DNA of 64,000 nt from Mustelus asterias (lineage: Eukaryota): NCBI RefSeq assembly GCF_964213995.1, contig NW_027590173.1, forward strand, positions 372,001 through 436,000. Direction: 5' to 3'. Below, piece by piece: positions 25,412 to 37,881 of this stretch (positions are counted from its first letter, which is position 1; every line of letters starts with the position of its first letter). The position numbers and the translations under genes are program-made. Below the pieces are notes generated by a model that ran no database searches, was not told the origin of the DNA, and was given only the letters and a program-made list of their open reading frames with translations.

Positions 25412-26220
25412 GGCCCGCCAAGGTGTAGAAACTGATCAGTTTCCGCTCAATCATTCACAAACCCGCAATTCCCGCAGTTTGAGCCGCTCCAACCCCAGCC
25501 TGCTTCTGATTGGCCATCCTCTCCGCATTCGCAGCTCTGAACCAATCGCAGAGCATCGAATGTGAAGATTGAGCCAATCATTGGCTTCAACTGTCAACCG
25601 GCATAAATTTTGAATTGGGGAAAATGCCGCCAATTTCAGCGCGGGAAAGGGAATTGAGACAAATTCTTAACTTATTAAAAATAGATTCTCAATTAATATT
25701 CTGCTGTAAGATTATTTTACAAAAGCTTTCATTTGTCCGCCACGGGAAGCAAACGGCTCTATTCAGTAATGTCAAACGGGACAAATATGAAGTCACTCTC
25801 TGTAACAAACAACAGACTCAACCCCTTTCACACCGGCTTCAGGGAGACACAGAGAAGCGACAGATTTCTGATCCTTTCCGCTGAAAGCGGCGGCGAATGT
25901 CACAAACGACAGGGGAGGGGCAATCTGAATGGGCTGGAGAGGAAAGGGACGGGGATAGAGTGGAACAGTGGGAGATTCTGGGAATGAACAGCCCAGAGAG
26001 CGGGGAAAGGGTCTAAAGCACTAAGTGGAGGGAGATGGACTTCAAATCTTCAATGTTTCTGGTAATGGTTATATTAATAAGGACGGAATAAAGTCTTCTT
26101 TGAAACAGACGGTTATTTCTTGCATCGAAAACGGCCCAATTTCTGAAAGGGGCGGTTAAGGAAACCACTGAACCAATTAGAACCTGAGTTACAGATATTA
26201 ATTCCCTGGTCACAATTTGA

Positions 26221-26754
<534 letters not shown>

Positions 26755-26783
26755 AATCCGGCTTCAGCACCAAGTACAACAAC

Positions 26784-26824
26784 GGCTCTTTTAAGAGCCA
26801 CCAACTCGACAAATGAAAGAGCTG
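26784..26824 (+). terminator. Histone 3' stem-loop plus HDE (H3)
   Basis: GGCTCTTTTAAGAGCC and GAAAGAGCTG. Confidence 0.95.
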
Positions 26825-27201
26825 CGATCTCCTGTTAACGATTCTAGTGTTTCAATTCCCAGGACAGAATATTCCCAGGACTCCAGTACTGACACCTCTC
26901 AATGTTACAATTAACTCTCCGTTGCATTGAGGTCACTCATATCTCCAATCCTTTGATGGTTGGAGTAAAAGCGATGCCGTTAACAATTTTACTACAATTT
27001 AATTTTAAAGTAGTTTATTAAACCTGCGATCATTTCAGTTTCCGAGCAATAATTCCGCAAATCCACTTTCTCCGCACGTGTTTCGAGTCGCAGCGAGAAT
27101 GTTGAAAATTGTGTCAATTAAGTTCAGAATATGAAACATGTCTCAAACAGTAACCCACTCACACAGATATAGCCATTGCAGGAACGCTTGCACATTCGCA
27201 T

Positions 27202-27305
27202 AGACAATAATTAACACTTTTCCAGATCCAGTGACTGACTTTGTGAGAACATTCATCGGTTTTCAAAGTCAGTCACTGGATCTGGAAAAGTGTTAATTAT
27301 TGTCT
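27202..27305. repeat. Perfect 42-bp inverted repeat, 20-nt loop
   Basis: 27202-27243 is the reverse complement of 27264-27305. Confidence 0.9.
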
Positions 27306-27531
27306 CTGAACGTCTATGCGACTATCACATTTTAAAGCAATTATATTGGAAATAGGATCATTTCAGTTCACTGGGATGGTTTCCCCGATAAACAGCAGCA
27401 ACTTGTATGAAAATACTGTATGCGTCAATAGTACGGATTGATAGAACAAAGCGGGAAACAGCTGTACTGTGAATAGCAGTGCAGAAACTGACCGATAGAC
27501 ACCAGGTCGCCCTTTTTCAGATAAAGTGAGT

Positions 27532-27547
27532 GGCTCTGAAAAGGGCC
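27532..27547 (-). terminator. Histone 3' stem-loop (H2A), one stem mismatch
   Basis: GGCCCTTTTCAGAGCC on the minus strand. Confidence 0.9.
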
Positions 27548-27577
27548 TTTGGGTTATCAGATTAAAGAATGGGCGCT

Positions 27578-28027
<450 letters not shown>

Positions 28028-28997
28028 TTATAAACTGACAGCTCCTCTGATTGGCCGCTACTCTATTCACCTCATTTGCCTATATTCTTCACCAATCAGC
28101 TCACTGGAAACAGAAGAGGGCGGGATTTCCCCACAACATCCGGCAGAAGCAGAGAATTTGTCCATTTCCAAAAGCCGCCAATTTCATTGTGGGAAAGGAG
28201 CGAATTCAAATCAATGTCGTCATCAGTCAGAGATTTCAAATCCCTTCTATTGATTTGCTTTTATTCAGCTCTTCCCGTCACCAATCTCAGGCGCGGCTTT
28301 AACATTTTCTTTCAATGTGCTTCATTCTCCTATCGCTTTCTAACTGTCCCGGGCGGGAATCAATCCCTGTTCACAGCATTCCCAGAAGGAAAACACTCCG
28401 TTTCGTCTTCAATCAGAACCCACTCTTCTTCACAGAAAACAGGGAGCCGGATCGAATCCTCACACTGTCCTTATTCCGCTCTGTAATAATCCCACTCCGG
28501 AATGTTACCCTGCGGAGAATTACTGCGAATAAAATGATGAATCAATGAACATTTCAGGAATTGAGAGAAGGGACCGTTACCGCGAAAAACAGCCGCTAAT
28601 TTAGGAGCTGTGAAAATAACAGAATAATAACAGTTTTCAGCACAAAGCGAAGGCAGCTGAGTGAATTCTGGGTCAGTGTTTGGATTGCAGGACAGGAGAC
28701 ACAAACGAAAGTTTAAAAGATAATTTATTAGTCACAAGTAGGCTTACATTTAACACTGCAATTAAATTACTGTGAAAATCCATCAGTCGCCACACTCCGA
28801 CGCCTGTTCGGGTACACTGAGGGAGAATTTAGCATTCACCCAACTTGCACATCTTTAGACTGTGGGAGAAAACAGGAGCACTTTCCTCTTTCAGAAGAGG
28901 AAAGAGGCAGAGGATGGATGTACTGGTCTGGAAACCCAGAGACCTGGGTTCAAATCCCAATGGGGTGGATTCCTAATGGGGCAAATTAGAAGTTTAT

Positions 28998-29312
28998 GGG
29001 GTGGCACTGCTGCCTCACAGCGCCAGGAACCTGGGTTTGATTGCTGGCTTCGGTCTTTGTGGAGTCTGCACGCTCTCCCTGTGTTTGCTTGGTTTCCTCC
29101 AGGTGCTCTGGTTTCCTCCCACAGTCCAAAGATGTGCGGGTTAGGTGGATTGGCCATGCTAAATTGCCACTTAGTGTCCCGGGATGCATAGTTTAGAGGG
29201 ATTTGCGGGATAACTATGTGGGGTTACGGGGATCGGACCTGGGTGGGATTGTTGTTGGTGCAGACTTGATGGGCTGAATGGCCTCCTTCTGCACTGTTGG
29301 GATTCTATGATT
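28998..29312 (+). mobile_element. HE1-like V-SINE
   Basis: tRNA head, V-domain and gattctatgatt tail. Confidence 0.85.
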
Positions 29313-29639
29313 CACCCAGAGGAAAACCAATTCGATTTCCTGACCCAATTGTTGTTGGAATGATGATCAAATAGGATTCGGGAAAAAGGCAGCAAGATTT
29401 TTCCTTCCTCCCTTCCATTCTCTGGATTTACACCGGCTGAAAGAACAACGGAAAACGTTATTAGTGATGGAGCAGTAACAGATTATCTTTGGGAAACACA
29501 TTAAGTTTGAAATTTCCTTGTTATGTAATAGAGCAGAGTGGTTATATTTGTGGCGAGATGGAAGAAACTGTGGAGGAACAGAGAGCCGTGTACTGACATC
29601 ATTATCAGCTAGTGGACAGGAAGGTAAAGAATAATGTAA

Positions 29640-31105
29640 CAAAGCGAATAGAATATGAAGAATTGGAACTAGTGCTACAGTTATAGAAAACTCTGTTTAG
29701 ACCCCATTTAGATCACTGCGTTCAGTCTGGACAACACACCTCAAGAAGGTTAGATTGGCCTTGGAGTGGGAGCAACAGAATTTCACCAGTGATACCAGAC
29801 TCAAATGATGAGGACAGATTGCAAAGACAAGTCCTGTCATTACCTGAATATGGAAGATTAAGGGATGATGTGAGTGAGATGTTTACAATGAATAATTTGA
29901 CAGGGTACAGAGAGATAAACTATTGGCTCTGAATGGGGAACCTCACCGTAAAATGACAGAGAGGCATTTCAGGGGTAATTTCAGAAAAAGCTTCTTTACA
30001 GAGGATGGTGGAAATGTTGAATTGTCCACAAACAATTGTTAAAGCTCCGTTTATCAGGAAATTTCCAAGCTGAAGCTGACAAGTAGCCAGTGATATGAAG
30101 GTGGATAGTCAGAGATTCTGTAGATAGTTAAACAAGAAAAGAGTTAGCAGAGTGAGCATTGGTTCTATAGAAAGTGCAACTGGGGGATTGATAATGGAAA
30201 ACAGGGTATTGGCAAATGAATTGCACAGGTGCTTTTCATTGGTGTTCACGATAGGGGATACAAGTAACATCCCAGAAATAGCTGTAAACCAGCAAATGGA
30301 AGGGAGGGAGGAACACAGGAAAATTCCAATCAACAGGGAAAGTGGTATTGAGCAAATTGTCGGGTCGACAGGCTGACAAATTCCTGGGTCCGGATGGACT
30401 TCTCGTGAAGGACATGAAAGAAGTGGCGAATGAGATAGTTGATGCATTTGTTTTAATTTTGCAAAATTCCCTGGCTTTGGAGAATGTTCCATTCAGTTGA
30501 AATATAACAAATGTAATACCTTGATTCAAAAAGGGATGGAGACAGAAAGCAGGAAACTACAGGCTGTTAGCCTAACACAGCTGTCATCGGGAAAATGTTC
30601 GAAGCCATTCTGAAAGATACTGCAACTTGGAAAAAATACAAGGCAATCAGCTCGAGTCAATATGGTTTTCTGAAAGGGAAATCATGTTTAACTAAATTAT
30701 TGGAGTTTTTTGAAAGAGGCCCATGTGCTGTGAATGGGGAACCGGTTCTTACATTTCCAGAAGACATTTGCCAAAGTGCCAGATCAAAGGTTATTGTGTA
30801 AAATAAACATTCATGGTTTTGGGCGTAACATTTTGGCATGGATTGATGGTTGGCTAGCTAACAGGTGAAAAAGAGTGAGCACAAATGGTTATTTTTCTGG
30901 GTGGCAGGATCTGATGAGTGGTGTATTCATGCTGGGGCTACAAATTGTTACAATTTATAAAAATTACTTGGATGAAGGGACTGAAGGTACCGTTGCTAAA
31001 TTTGCTGACAGCATAAAGATAGATAAGAAATTAATTGTGAAGTATACGTAAGGAGGCTTCAAAAGGAAACAGATAGATTAAGTGAGGGCAAAATGTGGCA
31101 AATGA
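29640..31105 (+). mobile_element. Old decayed CR1 fragments
   Basis: QYGFLKGKSCLTKLLEFFE and other remnants with many stops. Confidence 0.7.
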
Positions 31106-31558
31106 GGCAAATTGTGAGGATAAAACAGTGGTTGACAAATGGGAGACTTTCAAAGTTGAGTTGAATGGGATGCCAGCCAGGTACATAGCTACCAGACACA
31201 CATATGCAGTGTCCAAAGCTGGGGTATCCTGGATGTCTAAGGTTATTGACAAGAAAATAAGGAAGAAAAAAAGAGGCATATGATGCATGCTGGAATAATA
31301 ATAGCAATAGAAATCAGGAAAAACAGCTCTAAATGCAGGAGAGGGGCTAAGGCTGGAATAATGAAGAGGAAGCATGAGGAAATGTTAGCAGGCTGCGCTA
31401 ATACAAATCATAACATCTTCTTCAAACATATTAATTGTAAAGGATTAGTGAAGGATAGAGTGGGGTTCATAAGGGCCAAGCAGGGTAAACTGCTCACTGC
31501 AGCAGAGGGTATGGCAGAGATAGTAAATAAGTACTGTACTTCTGGCTTTACCAAATTA

Positions 31559-31762
31559 AGAAGTTTAACAACACCAGGTTAAAGTCCAACAGGTTTATTT
31601 GGTAGCAAAAGCCACACAAGCTTTCGGAGCTGCAAGCCCCTTCTTCAGGTGAGTGGGAATTCTGTTCACAAACAGAGCATATAAAGACACAAACTCAATT
31701 TACATGAATAATGGTTGGAATGTGAATACTTACAACTAATCAAGTCTTTAAGAAACAAAACA
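31559..31762 (-). mobile_element. Penelope 3'-end fragment
   Basis: Reverse complement of the element end at about 51190-51400. Confidence 0.8.
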
Positions 31763-34054
31763 ACAGCATAAAGATAGATAAGAAATTAATTGTGAAGTAT
31801 ACGTAAGGAGGCTTCAAAAGGAAACAGATAGATTAAGTGAGGGCAAAATGTGGCAAATGAGGCAAATTGCGAGGATAAAACAGTGGTTGACAAATGGGAG
31901 ACTTTCAAAGTTGAGTTGAATGGGATGCCAGCCAGGTACATAGCCACCAGACACAAATATGCCGTCTTTACCAAATTAGACAATGTGACAATGGCCCAGT
32001 TGAAAATGTATGTGTTGATTCACTGAGCTTCATCGTGAGAGTGTGGAATTAGCTCTCTCTCAATCGATCATTGTGTGGGGGTGCGGAATTAATCCTGTCT
32101 CAATCTATTTGTGTGTGTCAGTGTTGAATTAACTCTCTCTCAATCTATTATTGTGAGAGAGTGTGGAAGTAACTCTCTCAATCTATTACTGAGAGAGAGT
32201 GTGGAATTAATTCTGAATCGATCATTGTGTGTGAGTGAGGAAGTAACTCTCAATCTGTTATTGTGTGAGAGTGTGGAATTAACGGTCTCTCAATCTATTA
32301 CTTGTATGAATGTGGAATTAACTGTCTCTCAATCTATTACTCGATGTCACTGTGGAATTAATTCTCAATCTGTTACATTGTGTGAATGTGGAATTGACTC
32401 TCTCTCAATCAATTACCGTGTGTCACTGTGGAATTATATCTCAATCTATTACTGTGTCTGAGCGGGGAATTAACTCCCTCTCAATCTTTTACTGTGTGCC
32501 AGTGTGTGTGTGTGCCAGTGTGTGTGTGTGCCAGTGTGTGTGTGTGTGCAAATAACTCTCAATTTCTTACTGTGTCAGTCTGGAATTAACTCTCTCTGAA
32601 TCTATTACTATGTGTCGGAGTGGAATTCACTCCCTGTCAATCATTTGTGTGTGTGACTGGGATTAACGGTCCCTCAATCTATCACCTGTGTGAGTGTGGA
32701 ATTATCTCTCTCTCAATCTATTACTGTATGTCAGTGTGGAATTACCTCTCTGTCTCAACATATTACTGCACGTCAGTGTGGAATTAACTCTCAATCTATT
32801 TCTGTGTGTGTGGGGAATTAACTCTCTCTCAATCTATTACTATGTCTCAGTGTGGAATAAACTCTCTCAATCTATTACTGTGCGTCTGTGTGGATTCACT
32901 CTCTCTCAATTTTTTATTGTGTGAGAGTGTCGATTTATCTCTCTCTCTCACTCTATTACTGTGTGTCAGTGTGGAATTAACTCCCTCTCAATCTATTACT
33001 GTGTGAGAGTGTGGAATTAACTCTCAATCTCTGACTGTGAGAGAGTGTTGAATTAACTCTCCCTCAATCTATTCCTGTGTCAGTGTGGAATTAACTCTCC
33101 CTCAATCTATTCCTGTGTCAGTGTGGAATTAACTTTCTCTCAATCTATTACTGTGTGTACGTGTGGAATTAACGCTCTCTCAATCTGTTGCTGTGAGAGA
33201 GCATGGAATTAACTCTCAATCTATTCCTGTGTGTGAATGTGGAATTAACTCTCGCTCAATCTATTACTGTGTCAGTGTGGAATTGACTCTTTCTGAATCT
33301 ATTACTGTGTGGGAACATAGAATAACTCTCTCTCAACCTATTGATGTGTATGGGTGTGGAAATAACTCTCTCAATCGATTAGTGTGTCTGAGTGTGGAAC
33401 TAACTCTCTCTCAATCTATTACTGTGTGAGAGAGTGGAAATAACTCTCTCAATTTATTACTGTGTGTCAGTCTGGAATTAACTCTCTCTGAATCTATTAC
33501 TATGTGTCGGAGTGGAATTCACTCCCTCTCAATCATTTGTGTGTGTGACTGTGGGATTAACGGTCCCTCAATCTATTACTTGTATGAGTGTGGAATTAAC
33601 TCTCTCTCAATCTATAACTGTGTGAGTGTGTGGAATTCTCTCTCTCTCAATCTATTACTGTATGTCACAGTGGAATTAGCTCTCTGTCTCAATCTATTAC
33701 AGTGTGTGTGTGTTGAATTAACTCTCTCAGTCTATTAGTGTGTGTGAATGTGAAATTAACTCTCTCAATCTATTACCGTGTCTCAGTGTGGAATTATCTC
33801 TCTCGCAATCCAAAACAGAGAGAGTGTGGAATATCTCCCTCTTAATCTATTACTGTATGTCACTGTGGAATTAGCTCTCTGTCTCAATCTATTACAGTGT
33901 GTGTGTGTTGAATTAACTTTCTCAATCTATTAGTTTGTGAGAGTGTGGAATTAATTCCCTCTCAATCTATTACTGTGTGACGGTATGGAATTCACTCTCT
34001 CTCAATCATTCATTGTGTGTGACTGTGGGATTAACAGTCTCTCAATCTATTGCT

Positions 34055-35062
34055 TGGGGTGGTGGTGTTCCTCAGGGATCAGTGCTGGGACCTTTGCTGT
34101 TTGTAATATATATAAATGATTTGGAGGAAAATGTAACTGGATTGATTAGTAAGATTGTAGACGACACAAAGGTTGGTGGATTTGTGGATAGCAATGAGGA
34201 CCATCAGAGGATACAGCAGGATATAGATCAGTTGGAGACTTGGGCAGAGAGATGGCAGATGGAGTTTAATCCGGACAAATGTGAGGTAATGCATTTTGGA
34301 AGGTCTAATAGATAGGAAATATACAGTAAATGGCAGAACCCTTAGGAGTATTGATAGGCAAAGGGATCTGGGTGTACAGGTACACAGGTCACGGAAAGTG
34401 GCAATGCAGGTGGAGAAGGTAGTCAAGAAGGCATACGGCATGCTTGCCTTCATCGGCCGGGGTATTGAGTTTAAAAGTTGGCAAGTCATGTTGACGCTTT
34501 ATAGAACCTTAGTGAGGCCGCACTTGGAATATAGTGTTCAATTCTGTTCGCAACACTACCAGAAGGGTGTGGAGGCTTTGGAGAGGGTACAGAAAAGATT
34601 TACCAGGATGCTGCCTGGTATGTAGGGCATTAGCTATGAGGAGAGGTTGGAGAAACTTGGTTTGTTCTCACTGGAGTGACGGAGGTTGAGGAGAGACCTG
34701 ATAGAAGTCTACAAGCTTATGAGAAGCATGGACAGAGTGGATAGTGAGAAGCTTTTTCCCAGGGTGGGAGAGTCAATTAATAGGGGGCATAGGTTTGAGG
34801 TGCGACGGGCAAGTTTTAAAAGAAATATACGAGGCAGATATTTTACACAGAGAGTGGTGGGTGCCTGGAACTCGTTGCCGGGGGAGGGAGTGGAAGCGGA
34901 TACGGTAGTGATTTTTAAGGGGCGTCTTGACAAGTACATGAATGAGATGGGAATAGAGGGATATGGTCGCCGGAAGCGTAGGGGGCTTCAGTTGAGTCAG
35001 ACAGCATGGTCGGTGCAGGCTTGGAGGGCCGAAGAGCCTGTTCCTGTGCTGTAATTTTCTTT
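34055..35062 (+). mobile_element. CR1 LINE 3' fragment
   Basis: [20 protein letters not shown] through to the 3' UTR. Confidence 0.93.
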
Positions 35063-35359
35063 GTACGAGTGTGGAATTATCTCTCTCTCAATCTATTACT
35101 GTATGTCAGTATGAATTTACCTCTCTGTCTCAACATATTACTGTGTGTCAGTGTGGAATTAACTCCCTCTCAATCTATTACTGTGTGTCGGTGCAGAATT
35201 AACACTCTCTCAATCTATTAATGTGTGCGAGAGTGGAAATAACTCTCTCAGTGTATTACTGTGTGGCAGTCTGGAATTAATTCTCTCTCAATCTATTACT
35301 GTGTGTGTGTGTGAAATTTACTCTCTCACAATCATTTGTTGTGTATGAGTGTGGGATGA

Positions 35360-37185
35360 AGAACATAAGAACTAGGAGTAGGAATAGGCCATCTGTCCCC
35401 TCGAGGCTGCTCCGCCAGTCAATAAGATCTTGGCTGATCTTTTTGTGGACTCAGCTCCACTTACCCACCCGCTCACCATAACCCTTAATTCCTTTACTGT
35501 TCAAAAATGTATCTATCCTTGCCTTAAAAACATTCAATGAGGTCGCCTCAACTGCTTCACTAGGCAGAGAATTCCACAGATTCACAACCCTTTGTGTGAA
35601 GAAGTTCCTCCTCACTTCAGTCCTAAATCTGCTTCCCCTTATTTTGAGGCTATGCCCCCTAGTTCTAGTTTCACCCGCCAGTGGAAACAACTTACCTGCT
35701 TCTATCTTGTCTATTCCCTTCATAATCTTATATGTTTCTATAAGATCTCCCCTCATTCTTCTCAATTCCAACGAGTATAGCCCCAGTCGACTCAGTCTCT
35801 CCTCATAAGCCAACCCTCTCAACTCTGGAATCAACCTATTGAATTTTCTCTGCATCCCCTCCAATGCCAGTATATCCTTTCTCAAGGAAGGAGACCAAAA
35901 CTGTACACAGTACTCCAGGTGTGGCCTCACCAGCATCTTATACAGCTGCAACATAACCTCGCTGTTTTTAAACTCCATCCCTCTAGCAATGAAGGACAAA
36001 ATTCCATTTGCCTTCTTAATTAACTGCTGCACCTGCAAACCAACTCCTTGAGATTCCTGCACAAGGACACCCAGGTCCCTCTGCACAGCAGCATGTTGCA
36101 ATTTTTAATCATTTAAATAATAGTCCATTTTGCTGTTATTCCAACCAAAATCGATGACCTCACATTTACCAACATTGTACTCCATCTGCCAGACCCCCGC
36201 CCACTCACTGAGATTATCTATATCCCTTTGCAGACTTTCAGCGTCCTCTGCACACTTTGCTCTTCCACCCATCTGAGTGTCATCTGCAAATTTTGACACA
36301 CTACATTTGGTCTCCAACTCCAAATCATCTATGTAATTCGTAAACAATTGCGGTCCCTACACTGATCCCTGAGGCACACAACTAGTCAATGATCGCCAAC
36401 CAGAAAAATACCCACTTACCCCCACTCTTTGCTTTCTGTTAGTTAACCAGTCCTCTATCCATGCTAATACATTACTCATAACACTGTGCAACTTTATCTG
36501 ATGTAGCAGTCTTTGGTGCGGCTCCTTGTCAAATGCCTTCTGGAAATCCAGATACACCACATCCACAGGTTCCCCATTGTCCACTGCACATGTAACGTTC
36601 TCAAAGAATTCCAAAAATTAGTCAAACATGACCTGTCCTTTATGAACCCATGCTGCGTCTTACCAATGGGACAATTTATATCCAGATGTCTCGCTATTTC
36701 TTCCTTGATGATAGATTTAAGCATTTTCCCTACTACAGAAGTTAAGCTAACCAGCCTATAGTTACCTGCCTTTTGTCGACCTCCTTTTTTAAACAGTGGC
36801 GTCACATTTGCTGTTTTCCAATCCGCAAGAACCACCCCAGAGTCCAGCGAATTTTGATAAATTACCACTAGTGCATTTGCTATTCCTCCCGCCATCTCTT
36901 TTAGTACCCTGGGATGCATTCCATCAGGACCAGGAGACTTGCCTACATTTAGCCCCCAAAACTTGCCCAACACTACCTCTTTCGTGATGATAGTTTCTAG
37001 GTTCTCACCTGCCATAGCCTTCCTGTCATTAATTTTTGGCATGTTATTTGTGTCTTCCACTGTGAAGACCGACACAAAATACCTGTTCAATGCCTCGGCC
37101 ATTTTCTCATTTCCAGTTATTACATCCCCCTTCTCGTCCTCTAAAGAACCAATGTTTACTTTTGCCACTCTTCTTCATTTTATAT
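35360..37185 (-). mobile_element. CR1 LINE RT fragment (frameshifted)
   Basis: PGPDGMHPRVLKE, YLDFQKAFD, KFADD. Confidence 0.95.
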
Positions 37186-37881
37186 ATTATAACGGATTTT
37201 AACGGTCTCTCACTCTGTTACTGTGTGTCGGTGTGGAATTAACTCTCTCTCAATCTATTATTGTGTGTGTGTGGAATTAACTCTCTCTCAATCTATTAGT
37301 GTGTCAGTCCAGAATTAATTCCCTCTCCATCTATTACTGTGCGTCAGTGTGGAATTAACTATCTCTCAATTACTGTGTGTGAATATGGAATTAACTCTCA
37401 ATCTATTACAGTGTGAGACTATGGAATTAACGCTCTCTCAATCTATTGCTGTGTGAGAGTGTGGAATTAACGCACTCTCAATCTATTACAGTGTGTCTTT
37501 GTAGAATTAACTCTCTCTCAATCTATTACTGTATGACAACCTGGAACTAACTCTCAATCTATTCCTGAGTCTGAATGTGGATTATCTCTCTCTCAATCTA
37601 TTATGTCAGTGTGAAATTAACTCTCTGTGTCAATCTATTAGTGTGTGTCAGTGTCCAATTAACTGTCTCAATCTATTACGGTGTGACAGTGCAATGGAAT
37701 TAACTCCCTCTCAATCTATTACTGTGTGTGTGTGTGGAATTAACTCTCTCAATCTATTACTGTGTGTGTGTGTGGAATTAACTCTCTAATTCTATTACTG
37801 TGTGGGAATGTGGAATGATCTCTCTCTCAATCTATTACTGTGTGTCAGTGTGGAGTTAACTCTCAGTCTATTGCTGTGTAT

